Source: Octopus vulgaris
Lineage: Eukaryota
NCBI GenBank assembly: GCA_951406725.2
Contig: OX597834.1
Span: forward strand, 40,982,001 to 41,046,000
Reading direction: 5' to 3'
Length of the DNA stretch: 64,000 nucleotides
In this document: positions 12,211 to 24,164 of the stretch, in pieces
Layout of the letters: every line of letters starts with the position of its first letter
How positions within the stretch are numbered: position 1 is the first letter of the stretch
The notes under the pieces: model-generated
The model's input: only the letters and a program-made list of their open reading frames with translations
Told to the model about the DNA's origin: nothing
The model's database searches: none
Program-made: the position numbers and the translations under genes

Positions 12211-12560
12211 CATCATCATCATCGTTTAACGTCCGCTTTCCATGCTGACATGGGTTGGACGGTTTGACCGAGGACTGGTGAGCCATAGGCTGCACCAAAC
12301 TCAATCTGGCCTGGCAGAGTTTCTACGGCTGGATGCCCTTTCTAACACCAACCACTCTGAGTGTAGTGGGTCTCTTTATGTGCCACCAGCACAAGGGCCA
12401 GTTAGGTGGTTTTGGCAATGACCACGCTCATGCTCAAAAGGTGTTTTTACGTGCTACTAGCACGGGAGCCAGTCCAGCGGCACTTTCCATGTGTCACCAG
12501 CATGGGAGCCAATCCGTGGCCCTGGCAACAGTCACACTTGGATGTGCTTTTAATGTTCAC
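12211..12560 (-). mobile_element. RTE 3'-UTR-derived repeat (family C)
   Basis: AGGGCATCCAGC motif, CCAACCCATG...CATGGAAAGCGGACGTTAAAC and a (GAT)n tail. Confidence 0.8.
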
Positions 12561-12770
12561 GTACGTACGCATGTATGTATGTATGTCAATATACAATGCG
12601 CTTCTTTCAGTTTCCATCTACCAAATCCACTTACAAGACTTTGGTCAGTCCAAGGATACAGTAGAAAACACTTGCTCAAGGTACAACACAGTAGGACTGA
12701 ACCTGGAACTATGTTGTTGGGAAGCAAGTTTCTTACCACACAACCAGTCTTATGCCTACAACTTACCGTG

Positions 12771-12828
12771 TTCCCCTGCCAGGAATCAAACACGGGCCGC
12801 CTGGGGAATCCTAACCACTAGACATATG
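12771..12828 (-). pseudogene. tRNA-Glu pseudogene lacking the anticodon loop
   Basis: Minus strand CATATGTCTAGTGGTTAGGATTCC-CCAGGCGGCCCGTGTTTGATTCCTGGCAGGGGAA follows metazoan tRNA-Glu, with about 10 nt of the anticodon arm deleted and a mutated T-loop. Confidence 0.8.
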
Positions 12829-12859
12829 TATATATGCACACGTAATTTCTTTTCAATAG

Positions 12860-13130
12860 CTTCTATCAGCCGGTCTATCAAGGGTCTATCTTTAGTCTAT
12901 CAAAAAGATGCCAGTACTTACATTGCTGGTCCATATCTATTGAATGAGCCAAGTTATGCTAACTACAGCTGCCTACATCAGGACCAATGTCTGACTGGAA
13001 GATCAATGAAACTGTTCAAAGACCAAGTGGAGACCCTTTGAAGAGGAGCAACACGAACCGTTTAGAAGTAGAAGACATTACTGTCTGCCATTCACTTTGG
13101 TCGTGTCACTGATTAAAGGAGATAAATAAA
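12860..13130 (+). pseudogene. Decayed RTE-like ORF C-terminal fragment
   Basis: Pieces such as YIAGPYLLN and TGRSMKLFKDQV resemble LRxAGH...GRPxxRFKDxxK. Confidence 0.4.
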
Positions 13131-13317
13131 ATGGAGGACAAATTCACTCAGCATGACCAGGAGTGAAAAGAAAAATGTCAAACATGTGTGATTGCACACA
13201 TGGTTTTTTCCAACAAAGTATTGAGTGTGTATATGTGTTTATGAATGTATGTGACAGTGAGAGTGTGTATGTCTTTAAGTAGGTGTGCATGTGTGGTGTA
13301 TATATATATATATATAT

Positions 13318-13545
13318 ATTTCTTTACTACCCACATGGGGCTAAGCATAGAGGGGACAAACAAGGACAGACAAAGGGATTAAGTCGACTACATCGACCCC
13401 AGTGCGTAACTGGTACTTAATTTATCGACCCCGAAAGGATGAAAGGCAAAGTTGACCTCGGCGGAATTTGAACTCGGAACGTAACGACAGACGAAATACG
13501 GCTACGAATTTCGCCCGGCGTGCTAACGTTTCTACCAGCTCGCCG
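13318..13545 (-). mobile_element. SINE-A, full length and CpG-rich (young)
   Basis: Very similar to 11025-11250. Confidence 0.9.
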
Positions 13546-14554
13546 TCTTGTGTATATATATATATATAAATATGTGCACGCGCACGCACAAATCTATAAA
13601 ATATCAGATGTAGGCTTTAAAACTGCAAACCAAATAGATCCATTGTACAATAATAGAACAAAACAAAAAAAAAAAACCAACACAAGAAAAAACTCCAAAA
13701 AAAAACATTCTTAATTAAGATGTTTCTTTTTTTGGGTTTTTTTTTATATTTCTTTTTGCCTTTTGTTTTTGTTTTATTTCTTAAACACCTCAAGTAAAAC
13801 AATTTCCTGTTCTTTTTTTACCCTAACCTCAACCTACCTCCTACCCCCTCTACCCTACTGTAGAAAAAATAGTATTAATTATACAGAAATTTCTCAAAAT
13901 GCAGGTATGAAGAGTTATGTTCTGAAATTAGGTCACAGCCTAAAGATATCAAATCTTAGCTGACTTTTCACCACCACAATCATTACTCCCTCCATACTTG
14001 CGCCGCCGCCACCACCACCACCACCATCAACACTGCCTCCACTAATACAATAGCTACCAGTACCAACACTACTACAACCCCAAACAACCACTATTATTGT
14101 TATTACTATCATCTTTAGTTGCTACTGTTGTCACAAACACAATCATTAGCTCCACCACCATCGGCAACACTAACATGACTACCACAATGCCTACCACCCA
14201 CTCATCCATCCCTCCGAGTATGATCCTTCGTAGCATGTTGAAGTGTATACCATCATCTCCAGGAGAAACACAAGCCACACCGACACCTGTTTGATTTGAT
14301 TCATCACCTGAAAGTCTTCACATTGTTTCAGTGTAAACTACAAAATATAACACCAATACTACTAACTAGTATATACAAACGAAATAAAATTGATAGTACT
14401 CCTAGTCTTACAACTATTACACACAAATACAAATGCACATACATACATGTACATCTGTGTACATACATACACACACATGTACATGTTAACACACATACAT
14501 TCATATATTTGTGTGTGTGTATGTGTGTTAGCATGGAAAGAGGATGTAAAATGA

Positions 14555-14598
14555 TAGATAGATAGGTAGATAGATAGATAGATAGATAGGTAGGTAGG

Positions 14599-14639
<41 letters not shown>

Positions 14640-14745
14640 GGATGGATGGATGGATGGATGGATGGATGGATGGACAGATAGATGCAGATAGATAGATAGA
14701 TAGTTAGACAGATAGATAGTTAGACAGATAGATGCAGATAGACAA

Positions 14746-14776
<31 letters not shown>

Positions 14777-14925
14777 TATAGATAGATAGATAGATAGATA
14801 TAGATAGATAGGTATATAGATAGAGAGATAGATAGATAGATAGATAAGATAGACAGATAGGTAGACAGATAGATAGATAGTTTGACGGATAGATAGATAG
14901 TTTGACGGATAGATAGATAGATAAT
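14555..14925. repeat. Compound (GATA)n/(GATG)n/(GGTA)n microsatellite
   Basis: Direct reading. Confidence 0.95.
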
Positions 14926-15791
14926 AAATAAAAGGAGGGAAGGAAGGAGAAAACAGACTTACAGGTGCATGCTTTTTAATAAACACTGATTTATAGCCTC
15001 TCTGTGTGAAAGAAGATACAGTGGTTACACCACATGTTTTTCTCTCTGTGACCAAAAAAAGATTGGCTTCATTAGTTTCAGTAATTCCCCCACCCCACCC
15101 GCCCACCCCGCCCCACCCCACACACACACTTTATCAGAGATGAGGCATTCATTTTCCTGACCACAAAAAGAATTGTACTTATAGCTATTTATAATATACA
15201 CAGACTCCGATACAGCTGAATTGATCTGCCCTAATTTTTCTAACAGTGCAAGTCTTTGGCAGTGTGTATAAACTAATTAATAGAAGCAATACAATGTTTT
15301 TTTGGCTAATAGACTTATAAGTATATCTTTTAATTAAATATGTGTATGTATATATATATCTCCAAACCTTCCGATATATATATATATATATACGTTTTTT
15401 TTTCTTTCTGTATGGAAGGAGCTGGTTTCTAAGACAAACGGAAAGCTCCATTGATGGAATTATGTTAATGATAAGTGGCACATGCTGAACTTTAGAAAAC
15501 ACTTGCATATTTTCACTGTCCCATTTACATATTGTATTTGTAAAGTGCACTTGATGATAACTATTCCAATTGTGCAATCCAAAGAACTACCAACTCACTG
15601 AATAAATCAACCATGTAAGGTTAGTGAATGTTCAACAGACACATGTACATATATACATTTGTATGTGTAAACATATATACACTCTCACACATATATGCAT
15701 GCCTATATGTATGGGTATGCATGAATGTACCATCATCATCATTTAACGTCCGCTTTTTCATGTTTGCAAAGGTGAGACAGAATTTGCTTAA

Positions 15792-16011
15792 CCCTTTCAT
15801 TACCGTATTTATTTTGAGATGCTCTGTGTTTCTTTGAATTACTTTGAATATAACAAAGAATTTAGTAAAATAACTTAGTTATCATTAAGCTAGTGTTAGG
15901 AACATAGATTGTGACTAAGGTTTGGTGGAAGATTTTAATTCAAAACTTATGAAAACAAGACATTTGTACTCAGAGCCAGAGCTGGTTTCAGCCGGGTTGG
16001 TAACAAAAGGG
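15792..16011. mobile_element. piggyBac-like MITE
   Basis: TTAA on both sides (15788-15791, 16012-16015) and CCCTTT...AAAGGG termini. A second, inverted copy lies at 48813-49039. Confidence 0.85.
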
Positions 16012-16560
16012 TTAAGTGGATTTTCTATAGTCCTTCCTGTTGTCAACCATCATGATATCAAGACAAGGGTGCACACAAACACAAACACACACAGTGACAA
16101 GTTGCTTTCAGTTTCTGTCAACCAAATCCACTCACAAGGTAATTGGTTGGGCCAAAGCTGTTGTAAAAGACACTTGCCTAAGATGCCATGAAGTAGAACT
16201 GAACCCAAAATCACATGGTTAGGAAGCAGGTCTCTTAACCAAAGAACCACACCTGTCTGTCTGATTGTGTGCAGTGGGGGTGAGTGTATGCATGTGTGTA
16301 TGTATACACGCATATATTTTTTTCTTGCTTCAGTCATGAGACTGTGGCCATGCTGGAGCACCACCTTGAGGAATTTTAGTTGAACAAATGGACCCCAGTA
16401 CTTATTATTTCTTTGTAAAGCCTGATACTTAATTACATCAGTCTCTTTTGCCAAACTGCCAAGTTACAGGGACATAAACACACCAACACTGGTTATCAAT
16501 TATACAGAATATCCAGAACCATTTCACTTGATTTTCTTCCATCCATATTTTACATTGCCT

Positions 16561-17905
16561 ACAAGGAAGGGGGCTGAAAAGTTCATAGGCTGATTATGAA
16601 GGAGTGATGCTAGAGCTGTGCTTTCTTGCATGCATTCATTTCAACCCTTCTTATTAATTATTGCATTGTTTCTTTCCAGATAAACTGACAAATTACTGTT
16701 CAAAGAAGACTTCAAAAGTAACTAGTAGCAACTTCTCTTGAAAATCAACACAATTTTTTTTAATAATATTTTTGTTGTTTTTGTAAAATCTCAGAAAATA
16801 ATTAAAAATTCACATTCTTTGTCAAATTATCTCTCTATATATAAATGGCAAAATGTCTGCGTGTGTGTCCTTTATACAAATCCACAATTTTTCAGTTAGA
16901 GGGCTCGCACTTTCTATGGTCATTCAAAACCGTCCAAGGGTGGTCGTGCACATCTTTACATTTCCCTAGTCACCCTGCAAAGCCATTAAAAAATCAATAG
17001 AAGTGACTTTTTTGTGAATTTTCTATCCCAAACCCAATTATAATGCCAGAAACTTGATACGCCAATTGAATGCCAGCTAGCTGTATGGGATTGGTTGGAA
17101 ATTTGGACAGTACTCACGTGTATGTGCGCACACACGCAGCTCTATATGCATGCACAATCACTATGACCTAGCGTTGCTGGGTCATAGTGCTAGTTTTGTT
17201 ATATTTGTCTATCTATCCAACTGTAAACATTATAAATATTTCACTAACTTTTTGTTATATCTTGGCAAAAGGGTACATATTTTGCCAAAAATTGCTAAAT
17301 TTGTTCCCACAAATTTGGCATCATGGTCTTATCAAGTATCTATAGAAAAAGGGTTTAGCACCCAATGACATTCATACCAACATGCTCACTGCACTAAGGG
17401 ATGACACTACTCCTTTATCCACAACGTAGAAGTGGGCAACTGAATTTAGGATGGGAATGGGGAGTCTTGAAGGTGACCCAAGGTCTGGACCTCCTACAAA
17501 TGCCACTACTGAGAGAAATATTGATCATGTTCACTATGGATGGAAGGACGATGGATGACAAGCAATTGACCATAAATCAAATAGCCAATGTCATTAGCAT
17601 ATCCCATGAGAGAGTTGAGAATATTCTGCAAAATGAACTTGGCATGATGACAGTTTCTGCTCAGAGGTTGCCACAGCTTCTAATACCTGGTCTAACACAC
17701 ACAGGCTAATCACATCACAGGAAAATCTGATATTGTCTGAGGCAAGACCCAGCTGGTTTCCTGGAACGTTTCCTAATCCAGGATGAGTGTTGAGTTCATT
17801 ACTATGAACCAGAGACAAAGAGACAATCCTCGCAGTGGAAACACCCCTCCTCATCTGCTCCAAAGAAGGCCAAGGCTATTTCATCTGCAGAGAATGTGAT
17901 GGCAT
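16561..17905 (+). mobile_element. Decayed mariner transposon (5' end and N-terminal transposase) interrupted by nested insertions
   Basis: Frameshifted translation gives ...KWATEFR.G..SLEGDPRSG.P..ATT...LTINQIANVISISHERVENILQNELGMMTVSAQRLP...FL.QDEC*VHYYEPETKRQS.QWKHP, i.e. mariner HTH, WVP-like motif and first catalytic D. Confidence 0.85.
16830..17193 (+). mobile_element. Complete non-autonomous Helitron
   Basis: 5' TC after A (16829), subterminal hairpin CACTATGACCTAGC-GTT-GCTGGGTCATAGTG (17159-17189), 3' CTAG followed by T, no TSD. Confidence 0.9.
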
Positions 17906-18675
17906 AAACAGGATTGCAGTGGCTAGAATGAAGGTAAGATGTGTTACTGAGTTTATAGTGGTATAGGCATTTGGTGGTAGCTAGAACAATGATACATATT
18001 ATCATTGTGGTATACACATATCAGGTGATAATGGTCATGTGATCAGTAAACTTGAGGCCTACCTAAAAAAAAATAATAAAAAGAGAGAGAGAGAGAGAGA
18101 GAGAGAAATGTGGTAATTTGATCAGAGTAGTTAAGGAGAGTCTAGTTAACAGGAGACAATCAACTGTAAGATTAGTTACAATAAGGCACATTACAGACAT
18201 ACCAAGCACAATAAGGTATTGTTGAAGATGACTATGATGATACTGATGACCAGACATACAAAGCACAGTACGGTAGTGTTAATGATGATGATGATGATGA
18301 AACTAATGGTCACAAGCTAGACTCACAATCACTACTATTCAGAATGTATTACATCCCAAGTATTATGTATCTAGTGTGGAGTATTGTTGAAATCCAGTAG
18401 AGGTCAACTTTGCTTAGTTGAAAAACTAAGTATCAGGCAAAATACTAGGGTTAATTTAACCACTAATGCCTTTCCCCAATATACCACTAAGTATACTGTT
18501 AGCCCAGCATGCTAACAGTAAGTCTCTTTGTCAAGAAGTGATAAAAATTACTTCTTATTTTGAACTTGACAAAGACAGACTTACTGTTGAAATATCGTTC
18601 AATCAGTAAAATATCCAATGCAATCGAATTGTGCTCTTCATCTTGACTGTTTACCTTTGTGAAGAGCTAAGTCAA

Positions 18676-18922
18676 TCATCATCATCATCATCATCATCAT
18701 CGTTTAACGTCCGCTTTCCATGCTAGCATGGGTTGGACGGTTCAACTGGGGTCTGGGAAGCCAGAAGGCTGCACCAGGCCCAATCTGATCCGGCAGTGTT
18801 TCTACAGCTGGATGCCCTTCCTAATGCCAACCACTCCGTGAGTGTAGTGGGTGCTTTTTACGTGCCACCGGCACAGGTGCCAGACGAGACTGGCAAACGG
18901 CCGCGATCGGATAGTGCTTTTT
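18676..18922 (-). mobile_element. RTE 3'-UTR-derived repeat (family C)
   Basis: Same diagnostic motifs and (GAT)n tail. Confidence 0.85.
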
Positions 18923-18969
18923 ATCCTTTTAAAAATATCATTATTACTATTACTATTATTATTATTATT

Positions 18970-19196
18970 AAGGTAGCAAGCTAGCAGAATCATTACCACA
19001 CTAAACAAAATGCTTGGTAGTGCTTTGTCCACCTTTACATTCTGAGTTCAAATTCTGTTGAGGTAGGTTTCATCCTCTCAGTGTACATAAAATAAGTACC
19101 AGTTTGAGCAACACTGGGGTCAATAGAGTTGACTAGGCCACCTTCCTCAAAATTTCAGGCCTTATACCTACAGTAGAAAGGATTATTATTATTATT
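18970..19196 (+). mobile_element. SINE-A, diverged
   Basis: Head, body and (TTA)n tail are recognisable. Confidence 0.65.
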
Positions 19197-19631
19197 CATA
19201 TCAACTTATCTCTTCCCCAAAAGTGCTGGCCTTGTGCCAAAATTTGAAATCAAATCATCATCATCATTATTAATGTCACTTCAAAAGAGAACAGGTCTTT
19301 GGAGTTAGATGGGTTACATCCCAGGCAATGACATCTGTTAATCCTTTACCCTACCCACTTACCCTCATTAAGGACTTCCTCAAATTGTGTGTGTGTGTGT
19401 GTGTTGGTGTGTTTTCCTTACTTTTATTTTATTTGGTGCCAGAATATGAAGCCCACATTGCAAAATGTGAGGTGTCAATTGTTTCAGCCTAGCAATACAA
19501 GTGAAGAGGGGGCGAAATTTGAAAGGATTAGCTGATAAAATTCTATCTTGTCAGTATGTCTAAATATCTTGAAAGCAATGACCTGGTTACAACAAAGCTG
19601 ATACCAGAGAAGCCGAGGCAAAGAGACAGAC

Positions 19632-19679
<48 letters not shown>

Positions 19680-20599
19680 AGAGAGAGAGAAATAGAAACA
19701 GACAGACAGTATAACATAGTAATGAAACTGACACTATTATCATGGTTTTCCATCTATTCATACACAAACTACTTCACATTATTTCATACACACACACACA
19801 TATATATATATATAGACACACATGACAACTGCATGCTTACATATTTGATAAGGTAGTTATATAGAAAACCACTCACACAGGCATACACCGACAGATGCCA
19901 GGACAAATACATGCACACGTATGTACACAAACAAATGCAAGCACACAGATTGACAAATGCATGCACACACACACACACATGTATTCATATATACTGACCA
20001 ATGGTTACACACCAACAAGCATACACAAAATGTCAGCATGGAAAGCGGATGTAATATGACAACAACAACGATGATGATGATGGTGATGATGATGATATAA
20101 ACACACTGTACACTCAATTATATTTCAAAGTAACATTATATGAAGAGGTTTGCTTTCTTTTATTGGAGAGTAATTCAACATGAATACAAGAAAGCAACAT
20201 TTTTCATTTACGATATATACAGGATGGGTGAGAGTCACCACTGTTTTAGTTGGGTACCACTTCTGCAATCAGAAAGTCAGTAGTTCCTAAGCCAAAACTA
20301 TTATGGTAAATTCACTTGCTAACCATGCAGTTTCAGATTCAGTCCCAGTTCCTTGGGCTGGTGTCTTCTACTACAGCAGTGGGCAATTCAAAGCCTTGAA
20401 AGTACAAATCCAATGTGTGAAGGGTCACGGGGTTGCACCAATGGGATTGCAGCACTACTGTAATTAACTGGTTCCCCACATTGAGAATAAAATAGCCTGC
20501 AAGTTCATCTAATACCTCCTCCTGAAAGTCCTAGCCTTTGATAGACAATTAACCAAATAATTCTTGAAATCAGATTCATCATGAATACTATAAAATCAC

Positions 20600-20870
20600 T
20601 TGTTTCACAGTGTTTCTATTGGGTAAAAAAAAGCAACACTCTGTTTGATATAACCATGGGAATCTAAAGTGTTTTGATGGTCCTGGATGAAGCAAGACAG
20701 GGCGGTGGAGTCTTCCTTTTCTTACACCTGAAGGAATGTTTGTGTCTTATATATCTTCCCTTAAAGTCATTGACAGTCATGCCTTTGTAGTGTCTTGTGA
20801 TGTCATTAGATGGTGTGTGTGTGTGGATCTATAGACTAAAGTGTTTGAGAGGTAGTTTCTTCCCAGTGGA
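20600..20870 (-). pseudogene. Decayed GIY-YIG endonuclease of a Penelope-like element
   Basis: Minus-strand translation with frameshifts: PLGRNYLSNTLVYRST / PSNDITRHYKGMTVNDFKGRYIRHKHSFR / DSTALSCFIQD, matching the PLE CPL..CL...VY...YIGxT...FKxRY..HKxSF...STALS pattern. Confidence 0.75.
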
Positions 20871-21072
20871 CTTTTGGTAAGATTTCAGCAGTTACACCTT
20901 GGAGTGTAAGGAGGTCATTGACCACCTCAGGTAATTTATCTGGATACTCTAAAAAAATGTACACATCCCCACAGGGATGATGGTCTGGTAAGCTTAAGCC
21001 AACCCAAATTACACCAACATACTCTCACCGAGAAGCCATTTTAGATTTCTTTTAAATTCTCTCCACACTGAC

Positions 21073-21161
21073 TTTGAACATCTGATGATGTGGACAAGTC
21101 ACACACTCACGAAACTTCCAACTCGTTTGAAGTTGAGCCAAACTGCTACGAAACAGATGTA
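21073..21161 (+). ncRNA. Degenerate hammerhead ribozyme next to the PLE endonuclease remnant
   Basis: CTGATGA 21082-21088; GTGG/TCAC stem II; GAAA 21111-21114; ACTTC/GAAGT stem III; stem I poorly paired. An alternative register uses CTAC-GAAA-CAGATG-TA at 21146-21161. Confidence 0.45.
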
Positions 21162-21529
21162 ACTCCGACAAACTCTTTCAAGTGCTACTTTCTTTTGTTT
21201 CTTCATTCACCTGTGTGCGTACCTGCATGTGTGTGAATGTGTCTGTGAGTGTGTGTGTGTGTGCATGTACATGCATGCACGCATACAATTTTTTTTTTTT
21301 TTTGAGAAATCTTTTTCACCTACCTTCCGAAAATCTTTCACATCAAACAGATCTGGCGGATCAAACAAATCCTGATCCTTTAAACCAAATACTTTCTTGC
21401 ATGTCTGTAAAAATGTCCTTATATTTTTCAGGCATAAAAACTGAAAAAGACAGAAAAGAAATTTTGAGTGAAACAGTTGAAATAAATCAAAGGAAAAGTT
21501 CTAAAAGTAAGCATGGCACTTTGGGTGTT

Positions 21530-21554
<25 letters not shown>

Positions 21555-21560
<6 letters not shown>

Positions 21561-21725
21561 AAAGTTTATGAAAATAAACAAAAGACGAAGGCAGGTGGAG
21601 TACAAATAAACAAATGTATTAGTATAGCGCTCAGGAATAGAAAAATTCTTTTACGTTTCGAGCATTTGCTCTTCGACAGAAAGATACACAGAAAAAAAAC
21701 AAGGAGAGAAAAAAGGAGAGAAAAG
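21555..21725 (-). mobile_element. PLE-type terminal-repeat fragment between (TA)n tracts
   Basis: Reverse complement aligns by eye with 50730-50840 and contains an HHR fold. Confidence 0.6.
21647..21684 (-). ncRNA. Minimal type I hammerhead ribozyme with variant core CUGUCGA
   Basis: TCTTT-CTGTCGA-A-GAGC-AAAT-GCTC-GAAA-CG-TA-AAAGA: 5-bp stem I, 4-bp stem II, palindromic ACGT stem III, GUA cleavage triplet. Confidence 0.65.
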
Positions 21726-22774
21726 CTGCCTTTTATATATATATAAAATATAAATTAGAGATAAAACCACTATTATGCAACTCAAACAGTGATAGACATA
21801 AATCAAAACATAAAAAACAAATAATATATATTTTTATAAAACATATAACTAGATCTCAAAAAATATAAAATTTTTTCACTTCCATTTAATGTCTACTTTT
21901 CCAAGCTTGCATGGGCCTTTTTTTAAATGTTGCATACCATGTATATTTATATTTTATGACTTTTTTTATTATTAGATTGTATATACCCCCCACCCCACCC
22001 GCTTTATGTTCATCTTTGTATCATCCCCTTTAATCATCACAATATTAGCAAATAAGACATTATCATCATTTCAGTGTCCCCTTTTCCCTGTTTGCATGGG
22101 TCAGGCGGACCCCGAAAGGATGAAAGGCAAAGTCGACCTTGGCGGAATTTGAACTCAGAACGTAGCGGCAGACGAAATACTGCTAAGCATTTCGCCCGGC
22201 GTGCTAAAGTTTCTGCCAGAAACCTGTCTGATAGCACCTGCATGCCCAAAGAGTTCATCTCAAACCAGTATTGACCCTGGGTAGCACTGCCAGGCCAAGG
22301 TCTTCTGAAAATTATTCACAAACACTCTGATCCAAAAAGTCCATCAAAACAGGCTATCATTTTCATGCAACGTCATCAAACTTTCCCACCACATATTCTG
22401 TACAGGTCACAAGTGGAACACTCACCAATCACATTACCTGACTGATAGAAAGCAATCAGTGCATGAAAACAGGATCTTTACCTTTTGACTGGCAGATTTA
22501 GAAAATAATTTTTTGTAACTAAATACTTTCAAACTTCGTATACTGGTAGAATGTGTCGTATAAAATATCTTTTAATCTTAGCATTTCTGAGAAAAGTTTA
22601 TGTTTACAAAGTTATTTCGTGTTAAAGTTCTCGTATTTCGGTAATTCCAACCAATCAATGACGTGTATTCAGCTGAATAAAATTACTGCCATTGTTTGTC
22701 AACAACAACTATCGGTGGTGTATATTTCGTTTGTCACTGTTAATTATGACATCGTTCGTGCATTTGTACTTGTT

Positions 22775-22885
22775 TTAGCTTTAAGGTTTTAGGGTTAGGG
22801 TTTTAGAGTTAGGGTAAGAGTTTCAGGGTTAGGGTTAAAGTTTTAGGGTTAGTGTTAGGGTTGAGGTTTAGGGTTAGAGTTACGG
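22775..22885 (+). repeat. Interstitial degenerate (TTAGGG)n array
   Basis: Seven exact TTAGGG units among variants (TTAGAG, TTAGTG, TTAAGG). Confidence 0.85.
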
Positions 22886-23079
22886 AAAAAAATGAAAAAT
22901 GAAGAAATTGGAGGGGTAGGGAGCAAAAAAGTCTTTCCAAAAATAGTAGCTGAAAAACAGGAAAAAAAACTAAAAGCAGTAGAAATGCTTTTAGAACATA
23001 GCGACGGTCGAAATACCACTAAGAATTTCACCCAGCATGCTAACATTTCTGCCAGCTCGCCACCTTAATATTACTAATA

Positions 23080-23293
23080 ATGGTTTCAAATTTTGCCAAG
23101 GGGGCAGCCATTTGGAGGGAGGGGATGTGTCAATTACATCAACCCCAGTGTTTGACTGGTACTTAATTTATGGACCCAGAAAGGATGAAAGGCAAAGTCC
23201 ACCTCAGCAGAATTTGAACTCAGAACGTAGTGACTGGCGAAATACTGCTAAGCATTTCATCCAGCACACAAACGCTACTGCCAGCTTGCCGCA
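23080..23293 (-). mobile_element. SINE-A, diverged (partial copies also at 22109-22219 and 22990-23066)
   Basis: GAAAGGATGAAAGGCAAAGTC...GAATTTGAACTCAGAACGT on the + strand. Confidence 0.75.
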
Positions 23294-24164
23294 TTAATAA
23301 TGATGATGATGATGATATCAATCTCTTGGTTCCTCCATTTCTGCCCACCTGACACAACAAGCACACACATATATACACACACACACCATCTCTCTTACCA
23401 CACACAGTGCTGTGAGTGAGAGGATGAAGGCATAGCTTTTAAGCTCGAAGGAAGGGGTGATGGATTAAGGAAGATTAAATCCACTGGAGTGATAAAGCAG
23501 TTATTTCATATCATGTAATGATGGAAGTAAGACCAAGGTATTTGGGAAGCTGCTTAAGACAGAAGAAATAAAAAAAAAAAACATAAAATCACTCTCAGTC
23601 CAGGAATACTTTCACACTCAACTAAACAGGATTTATTTCACACTTAAACTAATATGCTGTTTCACTCAGTCGAATTCATTTCTCGTCAATTCTGGATGCT
23701 TCCATTTTGCTAAGTTTGATTCAGGCTTTTGTGGATCATTTCCATACCAATTAGCCAATGTCATCATCATTATCATCAACAACATCATAGAGCCATAATG
23801 TAGTATCTACATAGTTGCTTGGTCTGCAAGAAATGACTCCTTGCCTGCGCCTACGCGCCGTCGTTGCTGCTGTGCACCCGTACGCCTTTGCTCGCGAGGC
23901 CGACACGACACCATAGCGCACGTCTTCCTCAAGACTTTTTTCCTTCCCTCCTGTTTTCCATAAAAATAGTGAGAGCCATTAGATGATGTAGCCCTACATA
24001 TATTGCCTAAATAACAGATGAGATGGTCATGGCAGGAATGAGATTGTAGGTCTGCAGGATCAGGGCCGACCTGTGATTAAATAACAACACATACAATATT
24101 CAATCTTTACTATATTTGATAGACACACACACACACATATATATATATAGGTGCAGGCATGGGT

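Noticed and set aside
21078-21160. SECIS-like AUGA/GA hairpin
   Set aside because: Spacing to an apical AA is wrong, there is no selenoprotein context, and a PLE hammerhead explains it better.
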